This document shows positions 12,803 through 23,850 of a DNA stretch of 64,000 bases, one piece after another. The notes beneath the pieces were generated by a model that made no database searches, was not told the origin of the DNA, and was given only the letters and a program-made list of their open reading frames with translations. The stretch's first letter is position 1. Each line of letters opens with the position of its first letter. The position numbers and the translations under genes were made by a program. The stretch lies in contig CM119265.1 in assembly GCA_051294375.1 (NCBI GenBank), positions 12,141,866-12,205,865 of the forward strand, read 5' to 3'. This stretch comes from Paraspadella gotoi (Eukaryota; Animalia; Chaetognatha).

Positions 12803-12957
12803 GAATACACATATGGCTACTCCCCCTTCGGTAAGCCATTGCTCTACCACCAATTTTGGGACATCAGAACTTATTGTAAAAAGTAGCTTCGGCCAGATTT
12901 GAACCTGAAACCTTTTCGTAATGTTGAAATCCGGCGCGCTAAGCACTCGGCCAAATG
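12803..12957 (-). mobile_element. 5' half (tRNA-derived head) of the split SINE
   Basis: On the - strand: TGGCCGAGTGCTTAG (A box) and GGTTCAAATC (B box); the body matches ~14190-14265. Confidence 0.8.
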
Positions 12958-13380
12958 ATTTTCAAAAAATTTTGTACAAAATAAATTATATAAAGCTGTA
13001 GGTTCGCTTTTAATTTTTTGGGGGAAACAAAAAATTCAACAATCAAAGGCAGAGATTTCGACATCCGAGTCCCAAGTTTCCCGATTCATGACGGAACGTC
13101 GCAACAACGACGATTGATACGAAGAAGAAAGCGAATATCTGGCTTATTTTTAATGTTTGAAATTGAGGAAAAGTCAGAGGCCGCGAAGTCAAACATTTTC
13201 ACGTTGCTTCTAAGGTGTTTTATTAAGTGTTTTTCACCAGTTGCTTATTGTGAAACAACTGAAACTGTTTTTATACCTCGTCGCCTATTGTATCAATATT
13301 AATAAATAGGCTAATGATTAAGAGAATGAAAGAATGAAATTGTTTCGAAAAAAAAATAATCTAAGTTTTTGATTTGCAAA

Positions 13381-14058
13381 AAAACAAGTTTGAGCAATCA
13401 ATGTCGGATCTGCCTACAATAATTAAGCGGTAATAAGCTAATAGGATGATAGTTCTTGGTAATGTTTTCTGACTTTCAATTTGTGATCTTAACAGATCAT
13501 AACACGTTGTAACATAAACAAGTTTAAGCAAACAATGTCAGATCTGCCCATGATCATTATAATTTATAATCAATTCAAGTTAATTAATTAATTTGCCAAT
13601 TAATTAATTATTTTGATCCAAAAGGTTTGTTTTGATTAATTAATTGACTGATTAATTAATTGACTTATTGATTAATTAACTGATTAATTATTTGATTAAT
13701 TAATACATCTTGCATTTACATTTAATATAAAAAGGAAAAAAAGCATTATCAATTAGTGAAACACGTTTTGTTTTTTTCCATTTAAACTGATTTCCACTCA
13801 AACGATTCCATCGAAACTTCATATTCAGCTCAATCACACACTTCCCTACCCACACACAAAATTTCATTCCAATCCATCCATCCAATCATGTGTAATTGGT
13901 GTTTTTTGCTAAGGTGGGATGGACGGATGTCGTTTTTTTTGCATAATTTATTATAATTCAATGTTCTGACATGATATAAGTGAATGCCTGACAAGATTGA
14001 GGGACCGAAAAAGTGAATTATAGAGTCGAGATCTGCTGAAAGCAGATCTGACTAAAAA
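13381..14058 (-). mobile_element. HINE/DINE-1-like element, second copy
   Basis: Hairpin AGATCTGC-tgaaa-GCAGATCT at the 14058 end. ACAAGTTTGAGCAA..TGTCGGATCTGCC at the other end (repeated at ~13517). Confidence 0.65.
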
Positions 14059-14109
14059 GAAAAGAAAAAACAAAATTTATATTGAGGTTTTTTGTTTTTT
14101 TTATTAAAT

Positions 14110-14360
14110 GACGAGATGGCCGAGTGGTTAAAAACTAAGACTTCGACGCAGAATGGAATAGTCGGATTCGAATCCCACTCAATGTAAACTTTTACAATAA
14201 ACTGCTATGTCCCAAAAGTGGTCGTAGAGCAATGGCTTACCGAAGGGGGAGTAGCCATATGAGTACTGGATAACAAGACAAAAACTCGCTTTCGAATTAT
14301 CATTTGTATTCGAGTTACAGAGCTTGCCATCTCAGAAATTCTAGACGGATGCTACTGTAC
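14110..14360 (+). mobile_element. tRNA-derived SINE (full-length copy)
   Basis: A box TGGCCGAGTGG and B box GATTCGAATCC; ~170-bp body shared with the split copy. No intact cloverleaf. Confidence 0.8.
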
Positions 14361-14500
14361 AAATCATAAGATAAGGTAGCTTTTTAGGGCAGTTTAAAGT
14401 ACAAGCCTAAAGCTCGTACTTTTGTTTTTCAAATTCAAATTTGAAGAGAGGAAAGCAATTTATTTGTTTTGTTTCAACGAATTTTTAGGACATTTTTTTG

Positions 14501-14536
14501 GACATGTTTCGACTCTACAATTAGAGTCTTCATCAG
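14501..14536 (-). ncRNA. Minimal type I hammerhead ribozyme motif (PLE pLTR type), tandem copy 1
   Basis: CTGATGA-A-GACTCTA-ATTG-TAGAGTC-GAAA-CATGTC, with a 7-bp helix II and palindromic ACATGT helix III. Confidence 0.8.
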
Positions 14537-14638
14537 CATTGCTGCAATGATGCTGCAATGCTGATGAAGACTCTAATTTAACTTTTAGAGAGGAAAACAA
14601 TTTGTTTTGTTTCAACGAATTTTTAGGACATTTTTTTG

Positions 14639-14674
14639 GACATGTTTCGACTCTACAATTAGAGTCTTCATCAG
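14639..14674 (-). ncRNA. Minimal type I hammerhead ribozyme motif, tandem copy 2
   Basis: Core identical to 14501-14536, 138 bp away. Confidence 0.8.
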
Positions 14675-14939
14675 CAATGCTGCAATGCGTCGAATTATTT
14701 TCTACTAAAAATACTATCCTCCACTATTTAATGATATTTCATCTTTAACCCTTACTCCTGAATATTTTTTATCTTCTATTTCAGATAGATAGGTACACAT
14801 TTTAGTTAGTTAGTAAATGAAAAATTGGTTTGAGCAAACTATTTTGAATCTACCTATGATAATTTAGCTAATCAGATAATGCATCGTGATAAATCTTACT
14901 TACAAAACTTTTTCTTTTGCCTCAGAGCATAATAAAAAT

Positions 14940-15915
14940 ATATAAAAGGATAAAGAGAGAAAAACCACAATGTAATTCTAATTCTATGGTTTTTTTTTTT
15001 CTTCTCTCTTTTTCTTTTTCTTTCGTTATATCTCTTCATTATTTTTCTAATTGTTAGTTTCTTGAACGCTTTTTTTCTGTTTTTTATTTTTCGTAAGCCA
15101 TAACCATAAATATAAATTATGAATATTAATTTTTTGATTGTTTGATTGATCGATTGATCCAAAGATTTATTGATTATTAAATATTTTTTCAGTTTTATTA
15201 AAAAATATATCATGATTGAAGGATAGTTTTAGTTAGCCTTAATGTCTATTTTAAGATTAGTTCCTTCTATTATAATTTTTTTATTACATTTATTTTTATT
15301 TAGTTTTTTTTAAATTTTTTCATACATTTTGGTTTATTTCATTTTCTTCTTTGTTTGTTTAAAGAGTGAAATAAAAAATATCAAAATAGGATATATTATT
15401 TTATATAAGAATTTAATTTGCAAGAAAATGTATGCAACTATTTGCATGTGCATATATATTATATTTCATTATATTCTTTGATGTGAATGCATAAAATTAA
15501 TTGAAAATAAGTAAGAAAAAGAAAAAAACACTGGAAAGGAAGAAAAAAAATGAAAAGGAGTGAAAAGAAAAGGGGAAAATAAGGAGGGGAAAAAAGAGAA
15601 AGAAAAAGAAAGGTACAGAAGGAGATTAGTATAAAAAAAAGATTAAAAGGGTTGAAAATAACAAAGGAAAAAGATAAGAAAAAATGGAAAAGAGAGAGAG
15701 GTGAAAAAATATGATGAGAAAAGGAGAGGAGAATAAGAGAGGACAAGAAAAAATTACTTTTCTTTTAAAAAATCAAAGATTTTATACCAAAAAATAAAAA
15801 AATCATATTTAAAAATTAACTGAATTTAACCGTTAAAATAAATATATTAACGGTTAGGTTAAAATTATTTTTAACCGTTAATAACCGTTAACTGTTAAAG
15901 GTTATCGTAACCCTA
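14940..15915. mobile_element. Truncated copy of the hAT MITE family seen at 26160-27326
   Basis: Colinear similarity to ~26450-27326, including AACCGTT subterminal repeats and the ...GGTTATCGTAACCCTA end. Confidence 0.7.
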
Positions 15916-17424
15916 GTCCTAACGACTTCCTTCTGCGTTGGCAAAGCGACACCGTCCTAGAGTAACCGCGCTCAATGAGCTCAATGAGCAATGCATATGC
16001 ATTGCTCACTCTCTCTCGCTCGTACGGCTTATTTTTCCGACACATCGTAATTTAAAACCGTCTTTAAAATTGGAACAACGACAATTACAGCCACAGATTC
16101 AGCACCGATAACAACAGCTACAGCAGCAGCTACAACAGCAAGACAACAACGGCAGCTACACCTTAACATTTTTTTTCTTCTCCTTTATTCAATTATTTAT
16201 CAGATCTCAAAAGTTTCAAATCTTCCTTACTCAATACCCACTCTTCCCTCCAGCACTTCCTCACCACGACGGGTGACTCTTCCCCCACACAGAACCGCGC
16301 CTCCCCCGCCAAATCCAAAATCGGCGTCAACGACGCGTCGAACGGATCGAACTCGGAAACGACGCAACCGGAGACGTTGACGAGGACGCCGATCGGAGCC
16401 ACGCCCACTTCCGAAGATCGTAGGTAGAGTGAGCGAAGGACGCGGTCGTTGAAAAGACGCCAGCGAAAACGGATACGAGGATTTTAACTCAAGAACCAGA
16501 GGGCGAGCGAGAGAAGAAAACAAAAGACCCAAAGGAAACGTCGCCGATTCGTCATTTGGGCTGAGGGAAGTTCGGTTACTAGAAGATTAACATAGTACTT
16601 AATAGTAATACTTATAAAGGGTGCAGCCCCGGATTTGTTTTGTGATCCAAAAATGGCTTTATCATTTTGGTTTTAAAGTTCATTGGCTTAAAAAACGATA
16701 AAATATATCATTTAACGATAATGAGTTTAATGAAAAAAATTCAGTTTGGTACCTTCAAGTCGAACATATGTTTCAGAAGATAATTGATTAAAAATCCTGA
16801 CACGAAACAAACCCAGTTTTTCCGCATGAAGAATAATAAATTGCGTGCAGTTTTTATGAACCGGGAAAGAACTACCTATGTTTCCTTAGTCGTTATAAAA
16901 AAAATTAAAAAGCATTTTACGAAATTTTCATTTTATTATTTAACATAGGCAATATTTGTTTAAACTTATCAGTATAATCATCACACAACATATTTCATTT
17001 TCAGACGATTAAATTGAAAAATTGTAGATTTAAAATGAGTACATATAACTATATATAAGACACCACACCAACGTAAATCTATGATTTAACAGAAAACAGA
17101 AACGTATATATTTCATTAAAATGTGTAATATGATACCAAAAATTAAATCGCTGAAACGTTTGACCCGTTATTCATCGTTCAATTAGATCTCGGTACCTTT
17201 CTTCCATGGTTTTATGATAATAAATAATCAAAATTATGAAAGACATTAAAACCAATAACCCAATCAACAATCAACAGCAAAGCGACGACCAACTGGATTT
17301 TCGTTCCAGAGAAAACGAAATCTTCGTCGCTTCGCCGATTTCATTGGGGATCGTGGCGCTGAGACCTTGACCACACCACACCACACCACTGAGACCTTGA
17401 CCACACCACACCACACCACCACAA

Positions 17425-18796
17425 TTACAACCGATGCCACCGCGACAAGGTCGACCTGTCCCACGACTGTCTCTTTCCAGTCATCTCTTCTCTCAGTAAT
17501 TTGAGATAAATGATCTCAAGTGTTCTCTCCGCTTCGTGATTCCTGCCTCGATCTGAAAACGTCTTCCCCGCGAACTGATAGGAATGAGATTTGACGGCCA
17601 AGCGGTCCACGAAACTCTTCTCCTCCCAACTCCTTCGACAATCCACGCAATACTTGGATTCGTGATTCGGATTTTTGTCGCAGGAAGTTTTCTTTTTCGG
17701 GATGTGATACGAAGGGAATGATTCTTCGGTGAAGGAATGTGAGAGTTGAAAATGTATCAGGCGCAAGTTGGCCTCACTTCCGAGATTTCGAATCAGAGGC
17801 TGAGGCGTGAAAATGAAAGAAAGAAGCGAATGTTCCTCGCCTCGTGGAAAGGGCGATTCACAACGAGTGTCCAAACGAGCGAGAGTTTCGGTTGCAGCGC
17901 GGGAAAACATGTTGAAGAAATTTCGCGGATCGATCAGGTCCAACATATTTTGATAGGGATTGACGGGATTGATAAGAAGCGGCCATTGATCTCTAACGGA
18001 CTGAGGAATGTCGAGCGAAGTGAAGAAGTGCGATCTTCTCGAAAGTCACGTACAAGCTTTCGATGTTTTCGACCAAACTTAAGAATTTTCGAAAGGCTGT
18101 CGCGTAAGATCGAGACTCTTGGCCGCTTTCTTTCTCTCGCTCCTCCCCCATCGCGGCCTCCTCGGCGAGCAGCTCGAAGACGAAAGACAGAAAGAAGACC
18201 GTTTGAGACCAGAACTTGCCCAGCCTGGCCTGGTCGTGACAGAACCAGCTACGATTCGCCATCCAGCGAGAGTTGAGACGGACAAGGTGAGATTCTTCGC
18301 TGCCGCCACGGACGCCATCTCCCGCTCGAGCTGCATCATCTCCACGTTTCCGACGCCGTTGTAGCGACCATGGACGGGGCTTTCCACGGCGACGATGTCC
18401 ACATCGACCCCATGGAAATTGAAGTTGAGCAAGAATGAGTTTTTGCGGAATTCTTGACGATTCAAACTCGTTTCCGTCACCAGAATTTTTTTCCCAATCG
18501 TCAAGAATCGTTTTTCTGTTTAGATTACATCGAAAGTTGTTGTAATAAGCGACTATGTCGACGTCTGCTCTCAAGTAAGTGGACGTCCTCTTGTCCATTC
18601 CGCCGACGATGCGATAGCGAATGGGTTTGTGCCGCGCGTTGCGTTTCAAAAGGTCGAAAATCTCGCGGCAGATTCTGAGGGCGTGGTCTTTCCATTTCTC
18701 GGGCGGCTTTATGAAGATGCAGAAACGGCGGAAGATGGCATCAACAAGATGAGACAACGGTGCTGATTGATTGGGATGAAGAGTCGGTGTTAACAT
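17425..18796 (-). CDS. OAS-like nucleotidyltransferase, copy 2 (near full length, intronless, three 1-nt frameshifts)
   Basis: Across frames: 'IVGGMDKRTSTYLRADVDIVAYYN', 'GVDVDIVAV', 'QARLGKFW', 'SFVFELLAEEA', 'AFRKFLSLV' and 'WPLLINPVNPYQN' (OAS 'RPVILDPADPTGN'). Frameshifts at ~18490, ~18275 and ~18035. Confidence 0.85.
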
Positions 18797-18819
18797 TCTT
18801 GGGGATTTAATTTTATTTA

Positions 18820-19320
18820 ATTATCGAGCCTACCGGCGAAGCCGGTTCAGGCTCAATATTGATTCGGGTGAGCTTCTTTGTGACGTCGTCGTCGTCGTCG
18901 GCGTCACGCATTTTTATATAAAAACTACTACGCTTTTATAGTTTTGGCTGGGACTTACCGTTTTTTTAAAATAAAAATTATTATAAATTACAATGAAGTT
19001 TTATGAAAGTGTGCGATCATAGTAAGTTAAAAATTTAGATATGGCTTCTCATCTTGAAATAGCTCTGAAATTTTCATATTACATTTGGATTCAAGTATTT
19101 TTTGTTTGAATTTCCACTTCATTATGATTTACTGCAATATGCAAATGAGATTATAGTACTCATTATAATATCCAAATTAGTATATAGAAATGCTTTAATC
19201 TAATTTACATATTGCAGTAAATAATATTGAAAATGAAATTCATAAACATATCTTTGAATCAATAAAAAACATGTGAAATCAAAAGACCTTTTTAATGAGA
19301 AGCTATATCTTAATTTTAAT
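18820..19320 (+). mobile_element. HINE-like repeat with an internal palindrome
   Basis: Hairpin GAGCC-TACCGGCGAAGCCGGT-TCAGGCTC, then (GTC)n, then an imperfect ~270-bp palindrome at ~19037-19310. Confidence 0.45.
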
Positions 19321-19769
19321 AAAAATAAAAATAAAATCTTTTACAAGCTATGATTGGAAAAAATTGTAAAAATTTTCAATTGTAAACAATTGTAATATTT
19401 TTTTTCCTTTCTTTTTTTTCTTTAAATTATATATAGATTTTTCTTCCTATTTTTGTCAGTTGCTGCCTTTTCTGAACCCATTAAAAACGAGTTCAGGCAC
19501 TGCAGTGACTGTTCAGCTGCCTTCCAGCGGCTGTCCAGCTTTCTCTCTCTTTCTCTCTTTGTCTCTGTCTGTCTTTCTCTTTCTGTCTCTCTCTGTCTCT
19601 CTCCCTCTGTACGATCTCTTGCGTGATTGTTTTTTGAAAAATTTTGATTATTTTTTTCCTTTTAAAAACCTTTATTATCGCCATTTATTCCGCGTTTTTT
19701 TCTCAATACAAATCCCAAATTTACATCCGAGATTTTCGTAGATTTATTCTCTTTCTCTCTATCTTTCTT

Positions 19770-19801
<32 letters not shown>

Positions 19802-21141
19802 ACTCATACACGCATTTGTTTGTTTTATTTATGATGAATGATTCATTGCGTCAATGAATGACTATCATTGCATCAATGAATGACTATTATCGTATCAATG
19901 AATGACTATCATCGCATCAACCATTTGGTTATTATCACATTAATCTTTTGGTTATCATCGCATCAATCCTATCAATCCTATTCTTTTAAGATTTTTTTTT
20001 TTTTACTTTCAGGGAAAGTATACAGAAACTGGAGTCTAATGGAAAGACTAGAAGTAGGGGTAGCCGCACTCAATGGGGTGAGTCAACAATTTAGAGCGAG
20101 TACATGCTCAAACGAATATTTAGACATTTTTAAGAATACTTTCAATGGACAAAAAATTTCTAATATCGCTCTATACCCTACTAATTAATTTTTTAATATT
20201 TATTTATAGATAGGAAAGGCCAAAATTGTTTTTTAGAATTTTTAAATTTTAAGACCAGATTCAGATAGCTCATAAAAAGTATAATTCTTTCTTAAATATT
20301 TTTACGATAAGTGTGTCAAAAATAAGAAAAACTAGAAAAAATCATCATCATCATCATCTTTCGATGATTTTATCAGTTTTTTTATATTTTCACTTAGAAA
20401 ATGTAAGAATTTTTAAAAGCTGTTATTATATTATTATTATATTTATTTCTTGTTGAATTATATTTCTTGTTTAACTTTTTATGCTCTATCAGAATCCATC
20501 AAAAAATTTATAGTAATATAATATTTTTAATTAGGCTAGTACCCTCTGAAGAAAGCATTTTTGACAAAAAATATTTTAATACCATAATCTATGGTCATGA
20601 TAGATTATTTAAACGCTGTATACATTAGCATTTAAATTTCATCGGCTATGGCTACTAGAAGTAATACTGATAATAATATGGAATAAAAACATGAAAAGAT
20701 AAACATGATAACACTTATAAACAACGAAATTACGAAAAATTTCAAAATTATTGCGCGAAATATCTTAAAAGTATCTTTTGTTTCTTACTATCCGAGAGAG
20801 GTCAGCGCGGCTAATACTGAAAGGGAAACAAAAGAACAGAACAGGTACCGGATGTAACTTGAAAATATTCCTAACGGATTTCGTTTGCAGCGGTTTTTTT
20901 TCGAATTTGAAATTTCGTTGTTCGTCTCCGTTTGTGAATCTGGCTTTTGTGTCACCTCGTAGAATTTTTATGTTTTTAATACTAATAATAGCGCGGGAGA
21001 CGTTCCTATTTTTATTTTTGAATTTATTTCCACATGTACGTGTGCGCTACTAATTTTTTTTCTCGATCGTTTTAAATTCTTTTTTAATCATTTGCAACTT
21101 CAAATCGTATTTTTAATTTACAATTTTGTCATTCGATTTCC

Positions 21142-23007
21142 ATGTTCCAAAACATGGAATCGAAAAAACGTCAAATATCGTCCTCGTTTTGCGACGACGT
21201 CGTGGACGATCGTAACCGTCACAAACGCGTCCTTTGCGATAAGGAAAACGAAGGCGTCGAAAATAGTTTCACGCGACGCGTCAAGCCCGAGAATAACTAC
21301 GTCCTGACTCCGCGCGGCATCTTGACGCTCTGCCACGATGTTTCCGCTTCGTCTCCGTCTTCGTCCCGGGGAGCATCCTCGCCGGCGACGCCCGCGACGG
21401 TCATGCGACGCCCTCTGTCCAAAACCGCCTCCGGAAATCTCGCTGCGTTTAATTCAGTCTGCGGGAATATTCTGTCTCCCGTGGGAGCGTCGACGCCGTT
21501 GAAAACGCCGCTAAGGACGGGTAATGTTGAAGACGCCGAACTGATCGACGTGGAAAAGATAGCGTCTTCAACGGAATCATCCGTCTGCTTCGACAACAGC
21601 TTCAACAGCCTCTCGTGGATTTCGCGCCTTTTTGACGACGACCGCCACGCCCACTCCGACGCCGCCCGACGCCGTTTACTTCCCGATTCGCTTCACGTCC
21701 CCTTCAACACAGTGGGTCGATCTCGCGGCGTCCCAGTTTCCGCGCCGCCGCTTCATGCCAATCCGGCGCCGCTATTTGGTCTCGGCAACCGATACGTCCG
21801 CGAAGATTCCTACCGGCGCCGGGGAAAGACGCCGGGGGGGCGGACGAAATGGCGGCGAATGGCGCCGGAAGGGAAAGAAGACTCGAAGCCTTCAGAGACG
21901 GAAATCGGCGTCGCTCGCTCGGATTCGGTCGACGTCGCCGAGTCATCCCCATCTATCGGTGTCATGCAGGCGGCGGCGTCGCCTTCGACGACTTCGTTGT
22001 CATCCATGGCCTCAACTTCCTCAGCGATGTCTCATTTGTCGGTGTCGTCGTGGTCGGAGGACGACGACGACGACGACGTCTCCATCGGCGTCGAAGCCTG
22101 CGAAGATTCTACAATTCGCCCGACAAACTCGAACGCAGCTGACGTCTCCAATGACGCCGCTGCACCTAACGCAGTCGCTCCCGCCGGGGAAGACGCTGCA
22201 CCGCCGCGTCCAACTCACGTGACGCGTCACGATTTCGTCCCGCGTCACGACGACGAACTGAGAGCCGACGCCGGCGACGCCCTTCATCTGGAAGCGGCGT
22301 TTCCCGATCTCTGGGTCCAATGCGTTAATTTGCGAACCGGCGCCCGCGGCGTCATTCCTTCTGCCTTCTTGGCGCCGCTGGAAATGGAGGAAGAGGAAGA
22401 TGACCTCTGCGCTGCAGCTGCTGGTTCGGGCGTCGGAAAGGAAGCTGCTTGTGATGCGCCGGTCGAGGGTGACGTCTATCGATTCGAGGTCGAGTTTCTT
22501 GGTTCCGTAGAAGTAGCGCATCATCGCGGCGACGAAGTGTTGGTGGCGGCGATTCGCCAAGTGGCTCGTCAACGAAGTGGAGGCGGCGGCGACGCTCTCC
22601 GCTGCCTCATAGAAATTCATCGCAACGGAATCCGCATCACGGAGAAAGAGACGCCGACGAAGCCGCTCGGGCCTCTCAACAAGTTGACCAAGAGCGTCTC
22701 CAGGATGTTCAAGCTGGGCTTGAAAAGCGTCGAGGGCCTTGGCAAACCGCGGCGATCTCAGTTTCGCCACGATTACTTCTTCCCGCTGAAGAACGTTTCC
22801 TTTTGCGGATTCCATCCCGCGGTCGAGTCTCTCTTCGCCTTCATCACGCGACACCCGGTAGAGACAAGGTTCGCCGCCCACGTCGTACGGACCGCCGGCG
22901 GTTCCAGAGGGCTGGCCGAAGCCATGGGCAAAACCTTCGAGGATTCGTACCAGAACATGCTGAAGACAATGTCGGAGGCCGTCACCGAGGATATTTATTT
23001 GGAGTGA
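21142..23007 (+). CDS. JIP1: JNK-interacting protein 1/2-like scaffold (SH3 + PTB), single exon
   Basis: SH3 'HDFVPRHDDEL...DLWVQCVNLRTGARGVIPSAF'; PTB 'FLGSVEVAHHRG...LKNVSFCGFHP...FAFITRHP...RFAAHV'; C-terminal 'TEDIYLE' kinesin-light-chain-binding tail typical of JIP1/2. Confidence 0.95.
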   Translation: MFQNMESKKRQISSSFCDDVVDDRNRHKRVLCDKENEGVENSFTRRVKPENNYVLTPRGILTLCHDVSASSPSSSRGASSPATPATVMRRPLSKTASGNLAAFNSVCGNILSPVGASTPLKTPLRTGNVEDAELIDVEKIASSTESSVCFDNSFNSLSWISRLFDDDRHAHSDAARRRLLPDSLHVPFNTVGRSRGVPVSAPPLHANPAPLFGLGNRYVREDSYRRRGKTPGGRTKWRRMAPEGKEDSKPSETEIGVARSDSVDVAESSPSIGVMQAAASPSTTSLSSMASTSSAMSHLSVSSWSEDDDDDDVSIGVEACEDSTIRPTNSNAADVSNDAAAPNAVAPAGEDAAPPRPTHVTRHDFVPRHDDELRADAGDALHLEAAFPDLWVQCVNLRTGARGVIPSAFLAPLEMEEEEDDLCAAAAGSGVGKEAACDAPVEGDVYRFEVEFLGSVEVAHHRGDEVLVAAIRQVARQRSGGGGDALRCLIEIHRNGIRITEKETPTKPLGPLNKLTKSVSRMFKLGLKSVEGLGKPRRSQFRHDYFFPLKNVSFCGFHPAVESLFAFITRHPVETRFAAHVVRTAGGSRGLAEAMGKTFEDSYQNMLKTMSEAVTEDIYLE

Positions 23008-23400
23008 ATGGAGTTTTAATTTTATAATTGCGATTAAATTTTTATAAATTAACTAATATTAACCGATAGATCGGTTCATATTATTTGTACGTAATATTAA
23101 CTATCACATCAGTGCCTTCTTGTACATCAGTTTTTTTCTGTTGTTACCATTAATTTTAAACGGGAATAGATTGAGTTGTCCATTTTTTCGGTTTATAAAA
23201 TTTGATGTGAATTGGTTTTACTTTTTTCGTTTTTATTCTAATCCTGCGTTCTTTTCCCCCCAATTTCTATTTAAAAAAAAAACAGGTTGAATTAAAATCA
23301 TTTCATAAAAACACTTAATTGAAAAAAGAAACAAAGAAAAACTAAAAAAACTAAAACCGCTCAATTCGCTCTATAAAATCCCTTACCCCACTCCCCGATA

Positions 23401-23850
23401 ATGTCTTCGAGCCACACTCCCCGCGACCACTCGGACCTTCTCCGCTACTCGCCCCACGCCCCCTCGGCCGCGCCTCTCTCCGAGCGTCGACCCGCCAACC
23501 TCCTCGTCCACTCGGCTCACGCTCCGTCGGGCGGCGACTACGCCACGAAGCCCGCGCCCTTTGGAGAGGACGGCGTCTCCTTCTGGACGAGGGAGGGAAC
23601 GAAAGAGAGGAAGGAGCAAGAGGAGGAAGAGGAGGAGAAGGCGGCCAAGGAGAACGAGGCTCTGTGGAACGTCAAACGCCGAACGCCCGTCAAGATGCGG
23701 GAGGGAGAATTCGAGCAGGAGTTTCGTTCGCGGGGGAGCTATTCTGGTCGGGTCAAGGAGGGCGAGGAAGATGGAGCGGAGGAAAAGGAGCAGGAGAAAG
23801 TCCTGATCCCCCGACACATGAGAAACGATCCGATTTGGAATTTGAAATGA
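23401..23850 (+). CDS. Hypothetical 149-aa protein
   Basis: A GC-rich island in AT-rich DNA coincides with the ATG-to-stop ORF, with GC-rich third positions. No recognisable domain. Confidence 0.55.
   Translation: MSSSHTPRDHSDLLRYSPHAPSAAPLSERRPANLLVHSAHAPSGGDYATKPAPFGEDGVSFWTREGTKERKEQEEEEEEKAAKENEALWNVKRRTPVKMREGEFEQEFRSRGSYSGRVKEGEEDGAEEKEQEKVLIPRHMRNDPIWNLK

Noticed and set aside
14110-14185. Possible tRNA gene (also 12880-12957, 58490-58561, 36958-37020)
   Set aside because: A and B boxes are present but there are no proper acceptor or anticodon stems, and each continues into a repeated body. These are SINE/LTR heads.
16193-16532. GC-rich patch with short ORFs on the - strand
   Set aside because: No consistent frame, start or splice partners identified.
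22021-22881. 286-aa antisense ORF and other overlapping ORFs within JIP, OAS-like and innexin exons
   Set aside because: Shadow frames expected from GC-rich codon usage; no domain signal.
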